IMG/VR virus record: IMGVR_UViG_3300047281_000029
Location: 1,013-65,012 of that record
DNA length: 64,000 nucleotides
Reading direction: 5' to 3' (one strand)
DNA from: a virus
Lineage: Duplodnaviria > Caudoviricetes
Below, piece by piece: positions 17,201 to 26,810 of this stretch. A program made the position numbers and the translations under genes. The notes under the pieces were generated by a model. It worked only from the letters and a program-made list of their open reading frames with translations. It did no database searches and was not told the origin of the DNA. How positions within the stretch are numbered: the first letter of the stretch is position 1; each line of letters begins with the position of its first letter.

Positions 17201-18189
17201 CAGATAATTACAGAGGATATTCTAACTTTTTAACTTCTGTATACGGGCCTAATTATTACGACTCAGATGATACTGCTTATTACGCTAACTTTGCATCTAC
17301 GTCTGACATTGCAGTTAAACAAAGAGGTGGAACAATGCACGGTCCAAATGTTACGTGGGGTGCTTACTTGTTAGTTGGCGGTGATGGTAGACAGAACTAC
17401 ACTGACACAACAGTAGCATCTGTATGTACTACTAATGGAAACCTTCATTTGGATTCTGGTAGCGGGTATAGTACTCATATAAATTTTTACGATGGTAATG
17501 ATATAATATTTGGTAATGGAGCAAATACTGAAATAGGTAGGGTTTATAACGCTGGTTATTTACAAATGAGTGGTAGTGTTAGAGCAGCGTTGTTTTATGA
17601 TTCAAATAATACAGGATATTATTTAGACCCAGCTTCTACAAGTAATTTATATGATTTAATCATAGCAGGACAATCTCATAAATATCTTTTCATTAATCCA
17701 GGTAATGGTTATGAGGCTATGGTTAGGTACAATGGAGGATCAGGTAGCAGTTGGTATTCTGGAAAAAGAACAGCAAATACAACGCAAGCTGGTACTGATG
17801 GTTTTCATTTTTACTCAGATGCTGCAGGAGATACTGTAGTCGGGTTTGGAGCTGATGGAACTATACGAGGTAAAGGTGATGTTGTTGCTTATTCATCATC
17901 CGATAGACAATTAAAAGACAATATAAAACCAATAGAAAATGCTTTAGAAAAAGTAAAACAAATAAGTGGATATACATTTGATTGGAATAATAAGCAAACT
18001 ATATACGAAGGTCATGATGTAGGAGTTATTGCTCAAGAGATTGAAGCAGTATTACCAGAAGTTGTTACAACAAGAGATACAGGATTTAAGGCTGTTAAAT
18101 ACGAAAAAATTGTACCTTTGCTTATTGAAGCAATAAAAGAACAACAAACACAAATAGAAGAATTAAAACAACTAATAAAAAATAAATAA
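14203..18189 (+). CDS. Long tail fibre with C-terminal intramolecular chaperone (peptidase S74)
   Basis: SSDRQLKDNI...GYTFDWN...VGVIAQEIE...LLIEAIKEQQ; repeated RAPIFYDSNNT modules. Confidence 0.9.
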   Translation: MKFKSDIEVQAGLKDSSGSNGSSGQVLSSNGTTVSWVNAGGGVASDVQNLVKAGVAINKGQAVYVTSADGTNIIVGLASNTTEATSSKTLGLLDATVAINGMANVVQIGRLEGLNTLAATVGDPVWLGANGNLIYGLINKPYAPLHLVFIGVVTRVNANNGEIFVNVQNGFELNEIHDVDLKTNVPINGDILGYNGTLWVNKTIAGWLGYTPANQAITIATTAPLSGGGDLSANRTLSISQAGAASNGYLSANDWGIFNGKQNALNGTGFVKISGTTISYDNSTYTPTSRTITINGVTQDLSANQTWTIASGVTSFNTRTGAITLTSGDLTTALGYTPVTDSRTITINGVAQDLSANRSWTVSSTVTSGFSLVNQGAASNTPSSPTANMGVFVDTYAFIDLATAHPDGGWIDFSKANGTDYAGRIRYNNTSDYLSIAAGSNEQVRIFNSNAEALGSFRSPIFYDSNNTGFYLDPSGSSVLNGTVVIKGNDNQLAIDGTTGGLASGLFFRESGVDKYELYHYSGEFRFYNYTTNQQEMSINNASGFVTSRTSFRAPIFYDSNDTSFYTDPASTSNLNKLRITSAGNSAGGNILMGPAGEGVGKWSYLTGTHYNATSQSKGVSIIGLYASASENAISIGGNIYEANPATEIRFYTHNAITHDTGGSVRMVINSAGNVEANVDMRAPIFYDSNNTGYYVDPASTSNLNGLTVANTITGNISGNANSLGSIAADRFVYGDGANGRSKGMSSGNANTSDSSNSSGFYFGTNVTGMPGSDWWNWLTVAGNSWSGSDGYRWQMTGSFWSDDWRLRRMTSGSWSSWVSLLHSGNYNSYSPTLTGGNASGTWGINITGNAATATTSTSSSYSNMDYLMSDRDFPNGTLIQTSINYNNSEGDAFILEIKGNAYGNGMPMDIQIQGYIYANTIINTGGYSNGFQVSSISAIRFGGNLCFWFPSQGYWNGYTVKVYSAFSGRQANKVTSISNSGLPTTDKIVNFTTAQSLRSDNYRGYSNFLTSVYGPNYYDSDDTAYYANFASTSDIAVKQRGGTMHGPNVTWGAYLLVGGDGRQNYTDTTVASVCTTNGNLHLDSGSGYSTHINFYDGNDIIFGNGANTEIGRVYNAGYLQMSGSVRAALFYDSNNTGYYLDPASTSNLYDLIIAGQSHKYLFINPGNGYEAMVRYNGGSGSSWYSGKRTANTTQAGTDGFHFYSDAAGDTVVGFGADGTIRGKGDVVAYSSSDRQLKDNIKPIENALEKVKQISGYTFDWNNKQTIYEGHDVGVIAQEIEAVLPEVVTTRDTGFKAVKYEKIVPLLIEAIKEQQTQIEELKQLIKNK

Positions 18190-18548
18190 TGGCAATTACT
18201 TACACATTTTTAACAGACGACACAATGAAGCTGGAGATTGCTCCAGTATTAGGAGATTTAACAGATGTAGTTACACGCGTAAGATACAATTACGTAGGAG
18301 TAGACGAAAACGGAGTAGATGGAACATTTGCAGGAGCAACACCTATGCCGCTTCCAGAAGATACAGAAAACTATATTCCTTTTGCAGATTTACAACCAGA
18401 GGATGTTGTAGCTTGGTTAGAGGTAGTTTCTGATAAAGTACACATGCAAGAGCGTATTGCAAAGCAAATTGAAGCTAAAATAGCTCCTAAGTATGAGCCT
18501 GTACCTTCTCCATGGGCACCTCCAACACCTCCAACACCAGAAGCATAA
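18189..18548 (+). CDS. Tail-fibre-associated small protein
   Basis: Coupled to the fibre gene; YIPFADL..EDVVAWL motif. Confidence 0.7.
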   Translation: MAITYTFLTDDTMKLEIAPVLGDLTDVVTRVRYNYVGVDENGVDGTFAGATPMPLPEDTENYIPFADLQPEDVVAWLEVVSDKVHMQERIAKQIEAKIAPKYEPVPSPWAPPTPPTPEA

Positions 18549-18877
18549 TGAGCGTATCTTATAAATATGAAATACAAGAATTAAGATGCGAACCTATTGT
18601 CGGTAGCTTGACTAAGGTTGTAACTGAAGTCGTCTATGAGTATATAGGTGAGTCTGAAATTGGAATTATATCAAAACTTCCAGGGCTTGTTACATTAGAG
18701 GTGCTATTAGAGCAATCATTTACTCCAATTGAAGAAATAAACGAGGCAACAGTTATTAGTTGGATTGAATCAATTGCTGATGTTAATACAGCAAAACAAA
18801 TGATTGACAATGAAATAAAGTATAAATCAGGTCTTATATACAAGGGAGATTCTTTACCTTGGAATAGTATCGTTTAA
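18548..18877 (+). CDS. Paralog of the preceding tail-fibre-associated protein
   Basis: LT.VVT.V.Y.Y.G and F.P..EI.E..V.SW shared with 18189-18548. Confidence 0.7.
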   Translation: MSVSYKYEIQELRCEPIVGSLTKVVTEVVYEYIGESEIGIISKLPGLVTLEVLLEQSFTPIEEINEATVISWIESIADVNTAKQMIDNEIKYKSGLIYKGDSLPWNSIV

Positions 18878-18887
18878 ATAATTTTCT

Positions 18888-19340
18888 ATGGCATTACCAG
18901 GACCAGGTGTACCACTGTCAATAAATATGATTCGAAATGAGCTCGGTCAATCGAGTGGATCTCTAGGATTTTTAAGTGATTGGGCTGGATTTAATGCACC
19001 TGATGCAATTTCTGATTTTTATGGTTATAGTAATAACAGTGTAGTATTTAGTAGTTCTTATTCATATACGGGAAGTCAGTCTGCTAGTTATAGCGGAACG
19101 GTTACTATTACAGGAGCTGCCGCTACGTTCAATGCTAGATCAACGTCTACTGGAAACTTTAGTACGGATACTATTATAAACATAAATGGTAACAGTAGAA
19201 GAGCTAGACAAACCACAACTGGTACGCTAAACTCAACTACTTTTACATTAACAGCAGGTACTTATAGTTATTCATTCTCTTGTCAAATATCTCCAGCTGG
19301 AGCAGGGACAGGTATAGGTCAAATAATATTCACACAATAA
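18888..19340 (+). CDS. Putative fibre-tip adhesin/structural protein
   Basis: MALP..G.LSINMIRNELG...ISDFYG N-terminus typical of fibre-attached adhesins. Confidence 0.6.
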   Translation: MALPGPGVPLSINMIRNELGQSSGSLGFLSDWAGFNAPDAISDFYGYSNNSVVFSSSYSYTGSQSASYSGTVTITGAAATFNARSTSTGNFSTDTIININGNSRRARQTTTGTLNSTTFTLTAGTYSYSFSCQISPAGAGTGIGQIIFTQ

Positions 19341-19350
19341 AAAAAATAAA

Positions 19351-19614
19351 ATGACAAAAATTAGTCAATACCCAGACGACAATGAGATCACGGTTGATGA
19401 TAAGTTAGTCGGAACAGATGCAGAGAATAGTTTAGAAACAAGGAACTTTACGTTCGCTGATGTTATTAGCTTCTTGCAACAGAATTTGTTAATACTTAAT
19501 ACACCTTCTTTTACAGGAGTTCCTGAGTATGCAAGTAATTCAGCAGCAGTATCTGCTGGACTAGCAGTTGGTAGAGTTTACAGAACAGCAGACGTTCTAA
19601 AAATCGTACATTAA
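19351..19614 (+). CDS. Small structural protein
   Basis: N-terminus similar to 12151-12864; YASNSAAVSAGLAVG.VYRT. Confidence 0.65.
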   Translation: MTKISQYPDDNEITVDDKLVGTDAENSLETRNFTFADVISFLQQNLLILNTPSFTGVPEYASNSAAVSAGLAVGRVYRTADVLKIVH

Positions 19615-19650
19615 AAAATAATTTGTATATTTGTCAAAAATTAAATTAAA

Positions 19651-19914
19651 ATGAAAAAAGTGGAATTAAAAAAAATTGAAGAAAAGGAATTGGCTAAGTT
19701 ACAAAACTTAGAAGCATTCTTTACAAAAGCTCATTCTGCATTAGGTCAATTAACATCTGACTTTGAATTTAAAAAATCAGATATAATGAGACAGATTAAT
19801 GATCAGTACATTAAGAGAGAAGAGTTCAAAAAGGAGTTATCTGAAATTTATGGAGATAACATTGTTATCGATGTAAATACCGGAGAAATTTCTGAAGCAG
19901 AAGCTCAAGCATAA
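19651..19914 (+). CDS. Hypothetical coiled-coil protein
   Basis: ORF after a TATATTTG promoter at 19626. Confidence 0.7.
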   Translation: MKKVELKKIEEKELAKLQNLEAFFTKAHSALGQLTSDFEFKKSDIMRQINDQYIKREEFKKELSEIYGDNIVIDVNTGEISEAEAQA

Positions 19915-20141
19915 TGTTCGATATTAGAAAAATAACAATAGGGGCTGACTATAAGAGTAATGGTATGCATTACATTGTAGGTCAGCCTATATTGAATAAC
20001 TCTCACATAATTCATCTCATACGACTTGACGAGAATACTGGAGGTATTAAGATATGGATAGAGAAGGAAGACGAAGTATTTCTCTGGAAAGAATTTAATG
20101 CTAATATGCCAATCTCTATAGAGTATAACATCAACTTCTAA
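19914..20141 (+). CDS. Hypothetical protein
   Basis: Coupled ORF. Confidence 0.7.
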   Translation: MFDIRKITIGADYKSNGMHYIVGQPILNNSHIIHLIRLDENTGGIKIWIEKEDEVFLWKEFNANMPISIEYNINF

Positions 20142-20707
20142 TGAAATCCCCAAACATGTTCATCGTAAGACCTTTAAATGGAAGGAGATACGATAATATA
20201 AAGAACATAGGAGGAATAGACTTAATCACTAGTGTATCTCAGGAAGACCACGAGTCATCAAATAGGTACGCTGAGGTAGTCGAAACACCTATCAACTATT
20301 CAGGAGAAATAACTAAAGGAGACGTACTACTCGTGCATCATAACGTATTTAAGCTATACTATGATATGCGTGGTAGAGAGAAGAGTGGAGCGAGTTACTT
20401 CAAGGATGACTTATTCTTTGTAGACTACGAGCAGTTTTTTCTTTACAAGCATAACGATAAATGGAAGTCACATTCTAAGTATTGCTTTATAAAACCTATA
20501 GAATCCAAGGAATCTATAATTAAAAAGAACTGCAAGGAGGAGCCTCTAGTAGGAACAATAGAATACATAAACGACGAGCTACTATCTCTTGGACTTAGTG
20601 TAGGAGATGAAATTGCATTTGAACCAGACAGTGAATATCCTTTTACTATAGAAGATCAAAAACTGTACAGGATGTTTACTAATAACATCACACTTAAATG
20701 GAATTAA
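20141..20707 (+). CDS. GroES-like tandem-domain protein
   Basis: Two GroES-like halves (FIVRP...AEVVETP...KGDVLLV; FIKP...GTIEY...VGDEIAF...LYRM). Confidence 0.55.
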   Translation: MKSPNMFIVRPLNGRRYDNIKNIGGIDLITSVSQEDHESSNRYAEVVETPINYSGEITKGDVLLVHHNVFKLYYDMRGREKSGASYFKDDLFFVDYEQFFLYKHNDKWKSHSKYCFIKPIESKESIIKKNCKEEPLVGTIEYINDELLSLGLSVGDEIAFEPDSEYPFTIEDQKLYRMFTNNITLKWN

Positions 20708-20985
20708 AAGAAATTAAATTACAAATAATCGAGGCTGGAGAGAAGGCTGTAATGGAACTTATTAAGGTTGCATCAGATCAGATACTAAAGCCAATCGATG
20801 ACGGTACTGACTTAGCGGCAGATAAACTAAAGAATGCCGCTTCGGCTAAGAAGTTAGCTATCTTTGACGCATTTGAAATTCTAAATAGGATTGAATCTGA
20901 AAGAGAGAAGCTAAACGAGGATCCAAAGGAAGCCGAGAAGCCAGAACCTAAAATACAAGGATTTGCAGAAAAAAGATCAAAATAA
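20698..20985 (+). CDS. Possible terminase small subunit
   Basis: Helical protein directly upstream of the terminase large subunit. Confidence 0.45.
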   Translation: MELKEIKLQIIEAGEKAVMELIKVASDQILKPIDDGTDLAADKLKNAASAKKLAIFDAFEILNRIESEREKLNEDPKEAEKPEPKIQGFAEKRSK

Positions 20986-23209
20986 CTTATACTCAGTAGT
21001 TAGGAACCATATTCCTGCCAGCACCTTGTCAATTAAAAATAAGAAGGCTAGTTGGGAGTACGGATATGACGAGAAGTATGACATGATCGTTATATCAAAG
21101 AACGGTACTATCGGAGAGGTGTATAATGTTAATGGGCTATTCATTGCTCTACCTGCAACTCCTGATGACGTTTACTCAAGAGATAAGAAGAAAGAGAATC
21201 AGTACTGGCAGCCTTTCGAATATCCAAAAGAACTTGATAAGATAAAGTCTATATTCCAATGGCATAACACTCCTAGTGAGTTTAAGTCCAAGTGGGTAGA
21301 CTATATTGAGAAGGAGTTTGACAGGAGAGAGAATGGATTCTTCTTCATGAACAATGGGGTTGAGACTTACATGACAGGATCTCACTACATGTACTGTCAG
21401 TGGACTAAGATTGACGTTGGACTTCCTGATTTCAGGGAGGCTAATAGGATATTTTTTATTTACTGGGAGGCGTGCAAGGCAGACCCTAGATGCTTTGGAA
21501 TGGTGTACCTTAAGATTAGACGTTCTGGGTTTTCATTTATGGCTTCATCTGAGGCTGTAAATATTGGAACACTTGCTAAGGACGCTAGGATTGGTATACA
21601 ATCTAAGACAGGGGGAGATGCTAAGACAATGTTTACAAACAAGGTGGTTCCTATATCTAGTAACCTACCGTTCTTCTTCAAGCCTATCATGGATGGTATG
21701 GACAAGCCTAAGACTGAACTAGCCTTTAGGGTTCCTGCGTCTAAGATTACTAAGAAGAATATGTACGATGATTCTGAAGCAGAGCTTGAAGGATTGGATA
21801 CATCTATTGACTGGAAGAATACAGCGGACAACAGCTATGATGGGGAGAAACTAATATACTTAGTTGAGGACGAGTCTGGTAAGTTGGAAGCTCCTAATAA
21901 TATATTGAACGGATGGCGAGTTAGAAAGACCTGTCTTCGTTTAGGTAGTAGAATTATCGGTAAGTGTATGATGGGATCTACTCCTAACGCACTTGCTAAG
22001 GGTGGTGCTAACTTTAAGAAGCTATACGAGGACTCTAACATAAAGACTCGTAATGATAATGGACAGACTAAGTCTGGTATGTACTCACTGTACATTCCAA
22101 TGGAGTGGAACTTTGAGGGGTATATAGATAGATACGGAATGCCTGTATTTAGAAAGCCTGAGTCACCTATAACAGGAATTGATGGTAGACCTATTAATAA
22201 TGGAGCTATAGACTACTGGGAGAATGAGGTTGCATCATTAAAGAATGACGCTGATGCCCTTAATGAGTTTTACAGACAGTTCTCCAGAACAGAGTCTCAC
22301 GCGTTCAGAGATGAGAGCAAGGCTTCATTGTTCAACTTAACAAAGATCTATCAGCAGATAGACTATAATGACTCTCTAATTAGAGATCAGATACTAACTA
22401 GAGGATCGTTTCACTGGAAGAACGGAGAAAAGGACACTCAGGTTGTATGGACTCCAGATCCAAGGGGTAGATTCTTGGTGTCGTGGATTCCAAATACAGC
22501 AATGCAGAATCAAGTAATTTATAAAAATGGAAATAAGTACCCTGGTAATGAGCACATTGGTGCTTTTGGCTGTGACCCTTACGATATATCCGGAACTGTC
22601 GGAGGAGGAGGATCCAACGGATCTCTACATGGACTTACTAAGTTTAATATGGATAATGCTCCTAGTAACCATTTTTTCCTTGAGTACATAGCTCGTCCAC
22701 AGACGGCAGAGATATTCTTTGAAGAGGTTCTTATGGCTTGCATATTTTATGGAATGCCTATCTTAGTTGAAAACAATAAGCCAAGGCTGTTGTATCACTT
22801 TAAAAATCGTGGCTATAGAGGGTTTTCAATGAACAGACCTGATAAGCACTTTACTAACCTATCTAAGACTGAAAGAGAGCTTGGTGGAATACCTAACTCC
22901 TCTGAAGATGTTAAGCAATCACATGCTGCTGCTATTCAATCTTATATAGAAAAGTATGTAGGAATGGATACTGAAGGTACATACAGAGACTCTGACGAGA
23001 TGGGTGATATGTACTTTACTAGAACGATAGAAGAATGGGCTAAATTTGATATAAATAATAGAACTAAATTTGATGCTGCAATTAGCTCTGGACTAGCTAT
23101 TATGGCTAATCAAAAGAACTTATACTTAGCGGCAAAGAAAGAGTCGAAAATAAGTGTTAATTTTGCAAAGTATAATAACTCAGGAACTAGAAGTGAACTT
23201 ATTAGATAA
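20963..23209 (+). CDS. Terminase large subunit
   Basis: KIRRSGFS Walker A-like, LVEDESGK Walker B, GSTPN, GCDPYD nuclease motif, LVENN. Confidence 0.9.
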   Translation: MQKKDQNNLYSVVRNHIPASTLSIKNKKASWEYGYDEKYDMIVISKNGTIGEVYNVNGLFIALPATPDDVYSRDKKKENQYWQPFEYPKELDKIKSIFQWHNTPSEFKSKWVDYIEKEFDRRENGFFFMNNGVETYMTGSHYMYCQWTKIDVGLPDFREANRIFFIYWEACKADPRCFGMVYLKIRRSGFSFMASSEAVNIGTLAKDARIGIQSKTGGDAKTMFTNKVVPISSNLPFFFKPIMDGMDKPKTELAFRVPASKITKKNMYDDSEAELEGLDTSIDWKNTADNSYDGEKLIYLVEDESGKLEAPNNILNGWRVRKTCLRLGSRIIGKCMMGSTPNALAKGGANFKKLYEDSNIKTRNDNGQTKSGMYSLYIPMEWNFEGYIDRYGMPVFRKPESPITGIDGRPINNGAIDYWENEVASLKNDADALNEFYRQFSRTESHAFRDESKASLFNLTKIYQQIDYNDSLIRDQILTRGSFHWKNGEKDTQVVWTPDPRGRFLVSWIPNTAMQNQVIYKNGNKYPGNEHIGAFGCDPYDISGTVGGGGSNGSLHGLTKFNMDNAPSNHFFLEYIARPQTAEIFFEEVLMACIFYGMPILVENNKPRLLYHFKNRGYRGFSMNRPDKHFTNLSKTERELGGIPNSSEDVKQSHAAAIQSYIEKYVGMDTEGTYRDSDEMGDMYFTRTIEEWAKFDINNRTKFDAAISSGLAIMANQKNLYLAAKKESKISVNFAKYNNSGTRSELIR

Positions 23210-25645
23210 ATGAAAGACGTAAAAATAAATATACCTGCAACTGCTTTTCCAAACCAGTTTGCTTCAGACAAAGAAAAGGAAACCTTTGAGTATGGATTGC
23301 AGATATCACAAAGTATTCAGTACGAGTGGTTTAGAAAAGACGGGAATAACTCAAGATTCTACGATCAGTGGGGTAACTTCCATAAATTAAGATTATACGC
23401 AAGGGGTGAGCAGTCTATAGGTAAGTATAAGGATCAGATAGCCGTTGATGGTGACTTATCTCATACTAACCTTGACTTTACTCCGGTACCTATTATACCT
23501 AAGTTCGTTGACATTGTTGTTAACGGAATGAATGACAGATTGTTTAAGCCTAAGGCATACGCTCAGGATGCGATGTCTACTGATAAAAGATCTAAGTATC
23601 AGGACATGATACAGGCTGATATGGTATCTAAGGATATGCTACTTCAAGTTAAGGAGCAGTTCGGTGTTAACGCATTCGATACTAATCCTGACGACCTTCC
23701 TGAGAATGACGAGGAGCTTTCATTGCACATGCAGCTTAAATACAAGCCAGCTATTGAGATAGCTGAAGAGGAAGCTATCAATACTGTATTTGACGAGAAT
23801 AAATATAATGAGACTAGAAAGAGAGTAGACTATGACATAGCAACTATTGGTGTTGGTATGGCTAAGCATATGTTCCTTCCTGGTGACGGAGTAAGAATTG
23901 AGTACGTTGACCCTGCTAATGTAGTGTATAGCTATACTGAGGATCCTTACTTTAAAGACTGCTTCTATTGGGGAGAAATTAAAACTGTGCCTATTACAGA
24001 GTTAGTTAAAATTGATCCTACACTTACAAACGAAGACTTAGCTGAAATATCAAAGTATAGCCAGTCATGGTATGACTATTACAACTCAGCTCAGTTCTAT
24101 AATAATAGCTTGTTCAGTAATGATACAGCTACTTTATTATATGTAAACTACAAAACAACTAAAAAGATAGTATACAAGAAAAAGATACTTGAAGACGGAA
24201 GTTTTAAAATGATAGAAAAGGACGATACATTCAATCCACCACAAGAGATGATGGATGAAGGTCGTTTTGAAAAGATTGAGAAGACTATTGACGTTTGGTA
24301 TGATGGTGTGATGGTTATGGGTACTAATATTATGTTGAAGTGGGAACTATCTCGCAACATGGTTAGACCTAAGTCAGCTTCACAGCACGCAATTCCTAAC
24401 TACATAGCTGTAGCACCAAGAATGTACAAAGGGAACATTGAATCTCTTGTGAAGAGAATGATCCCTTTTGCAGACTTGATTCAAATGACTCACTTAAAAT
24501 TACAACAAGTAATTGCTAAGGTTGTTCCTGATGGTGTATTTATTGACGCTGACGGATTGAACGAGGTTGATCTTGGTAATGGTGCAGCATATAATCCTGA
24601 AGACGCATTAAGACTATACTTCCAGACGGGTAGTGTAATTGGTAGAAGCTATACAGGTGACGGAGAATTTAATAATGCTAGGGTTCCTATTCAAGAGCTT
24701 AATTCTAATAGTGGACAAGGTAAGATTTCTAGTTTAGTCGCTAGTTATAATCACTACCTAAGCATGATTAGAGATGTTACAGGATTAAATGAGGCTAGAG
24801 ACGGATCGAATCCAGACCCTAACTCATTGGTTGGTGTACAGAAGTTAGCCGCTCTTAATTCAAATACTGCTACTAGACACATATTAGAGTCTAGTTTATT
24901 TATCACTAAGTCGTTAGCTGAGGCTATCTCGTACAGGGTAGCTGATATCTTAGAATACTCTGACTTTAAAGAAGAGTTTATCAATCAAATTGGTAAGTAC
25001 AATGTAGGTATATTAGATGAGATTAAAGACCTATACTTATATGACTTTGGTATCTTTATCGAGGTGTCACCAGACGAAGAAGAGAAGGCTCAGCTAGAAC
25101 AAAACATTAGCCTAGCATTATCTCGTGACTCTATCTATTTAGAGGATGCAATTGACATTAGAGAGATGCGAAACCTTAAGCTAGCTAATCAGTTACTTAA
25201 GCTTAAGAGAAAGAAGAAGGAAGAGCAGATTCAAAAGAATGAGCAGGCTAAGCAAGAAATGCAAGGTCAAATCCAAATGCAATCACAGCAGATGGCAGCT
25301 CAGACAGCAATGCAGAACATACAAGCAGAAACTCAATCTAAAATGCAGATCAAGCAGGCAGAGGTTGCTTATGAAATTGAGAAGATGAAGAGCGAGGCTC
25401 AATTGAAGATGGAGTTGATGCAGTTAGAATTCCAAATGCAGATGCAGCTTAAAGGGGTTGAGATGGAAACAACTAAGACTAAGGAGCAATTAAAAGAAGA
25501 GGCTAAGGATAAGCGTATTAGCTTGCAAAATACACAGCAGTCTAAGCTAATCGATCAGCGTAAGAATAACTTACCTCCGATGACATTTGAATCTAACGAC
25601 GATAGCTTGGATGGGTTTGACCTAGCTGAGTTCGAGCCTAGATAA
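23210..25645 (+). CDS. Portal protein
   Basis: Follows terminase; PIIPKFVDIVV; Gln-rich C-terminal coiled-coil barrel. Confidence 0.85.
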   Translation: MKDVKINIPATAFPNQFASDKEKETFEYGLQISQSIQYEWFRKDGNNSRFYDQWGNFHKLRLYARGEQSIGKYKDQIAVDGDLSHTNLDFTPVPIIPKFVDIVVNGMNDRLFKPKAYAQDAMSTDKRSKYQDMIQADMVSKDMLLQVKEQFGVNAFDTNPDDLPENDEELSLHMQLKYKPAIEIAEEEAINTVFDENKYNETRKRVDYDIATIGVGMAKHMFLPGDGVRIEYVDPANVVYSYTEDPYFKDCFYWGEIKTVPITELVKIDPTLTNEDLAEISKYSQSWYDYYNSAQFYNNSLFSNDTATLLYVNYKTTKKIVYKKKILEDGSFKMIEKDDTFNPPQEMMDEGRFEKIEKTIDVWYDGVMVMGTNIMLKWELSRNMVRPKSASQHAIPNYIAVAPRMYKGNIESLVKRMIPFADLIQMTHLKLQQVIAKVVPDGVFIDADGLNEVDLGNGAAYNPEDALRLYFQTGSVIGRSYTGDGEFNNARVPIQELNSNSGQGKISSLVASYNHYLSMIRDVTGLNEARDGSNPDPNSLVGVQKLAALNSNTATRHILESSLFITKSLAEAISYRVADILEYSDFKEEFINQIGKYNVGILDEIKDLYLYDFGIFIEVSPDEEEKAQLEQNISLALSRDSIYLEDAIDIREMRNLKLANQLLKLKRKKKEEQIQKNEQAKQEMQGQIQMQSQQMAAQTAMQNIQAETQSKMQIKQAEVAYEIEKMKSEAQLKMELMQLEFQMQMQLKGVEMETTKTKEQLKEEAKDKRISLQNTQQSKLIDQRKNNLPPMTFESNDDSLDGFDLAEFEPR

Positions 25646-25686
25646 TATAATATAATAATAATTAACTTTGCAAAAAATTAAATCAA

Positions 25687-26796
25687 ATGGAAAACACTTT
25701 CACTGTAAGGGACTTAGGTGTCGCCGAGCAAAAATCAGTACAGGAAGTTGAACAAGAGTTATTGGCTAAGCATGAAGAAAGCATTGCAGAACCAGCACAA
25801 GTAGAAGTTCAATCAGAACCTGAAGTAGAAGTAGAATTACCAGCCGAGCCAACAAAGGCAGAGCTACAAGATGACGACGTTCTTTCATATATTAAAAACA
25901 GATACGGAAAAGAGGTAAACTCCATCAATGATCTTTTCGCAGAAAGAGAAGAAAAGAAAGAGGACTTACCTGAAGACGTAGCTGCATATTTCAAATACAA
26001 AAAAGAAACGGGTCGTGGAATTGAAGATTTTGTTAAACTAAACAAGAACTTTGACGACATGGATCCAAACGATTTATTAGTTGAGTACTACTCTCAAACA
26101 GAAGAGGACTTAGATAGAGATGATATCCAGTATATGATCGAGGATAAGTTTGATTACGATGAGGATCTTGATGACCCAAAGGAAATTAAGAAGAAGGAAA
26201 TAGCTAAGAAAAAAGAGCTTGCTAAAGCTAAGAAGTTTTTTGATGAGTATAAAGAAACTTATAAGACGCCTCTTGAGTCAAAAGGTGGATTGGTTTCAGA
26301 TGACGAAAAAGAAACGTACGAGGCTTACAAGAAATACGTTCAAGATTCCAATAGTCAACAGGAAGAGAATCAAAGAAAGTCTCAATACTTTCAAAAGAAA
26401 ACTGAAGAACTTTTTTCAGATGAATTCAAAGGTTTTGATTTCAATGTCGGAGATAAGAGCATTAAGTTTTTACCAGGGGATGTAGCAGAGACAAAAAGAG
26501 CCCAATCAGATGTGGTTAATTTCATATCTAAGTATTTAGATGCGGATGGGTTGATTTCAGATCACGTTGGTTATCATCGTTCATTAGCCGCGGCAATGAA
26601 TCCAGAAAAAATGGCTAAGTTCTTTTATGAACAAGGTAGAGCAGAGGCGTTATTAGATAACACCAAAAAAATTAAAAATATCGATATGGAGATGAGAAAT
26701 GCTCCTCAATCAATTGCTCAGTCTGGATTTAAAGTAGTAGCTTCTGACAACGATAGCGGAAGAGGACTAAGAATAAAAAGTAATAAAAATAACTAA
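25687..26796 (+). CDS. Putative capsid scaffolding protein
   Basis: Acidic helical protein between portal and capsid; own promoter at 25663. Confidence 0.6.
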   Translation: MENTFTVRDLGVAEQKSVQEVEQELLAKHEESIAEPAQVEVQSEPEVEVELPAEPTKAELQDDDVLSYIKNRYGKEVNSINDLFAEREEKKEDLPEDVAAYFKYKKETGRGIEDFVKLNKNFDDMDPNDLLVEYYSQTEEDLDRDDIQYMIEDKFDYDEDLDDPKEIKKKEIAKKKELAKAKKFFDEYKETYKTPLESKGGLVSDDEKETYEAYKKYVQDSNSQQEENQRKSQYFQKKTEELFSDEFKGFDFNVGDKSIKFLPGDVAETKRAQSDVVNFISKYLDADGLISDHVGYHRSLAAAMNPEKMAKFFYEQGRAEALLDNTKKIKNIDMEMRNAPQSIAQSGFKVVASDNDSGRGLRIKSNKNN

Positions 26797-26810
26797 AAAA
26801 AACTAAAAAA

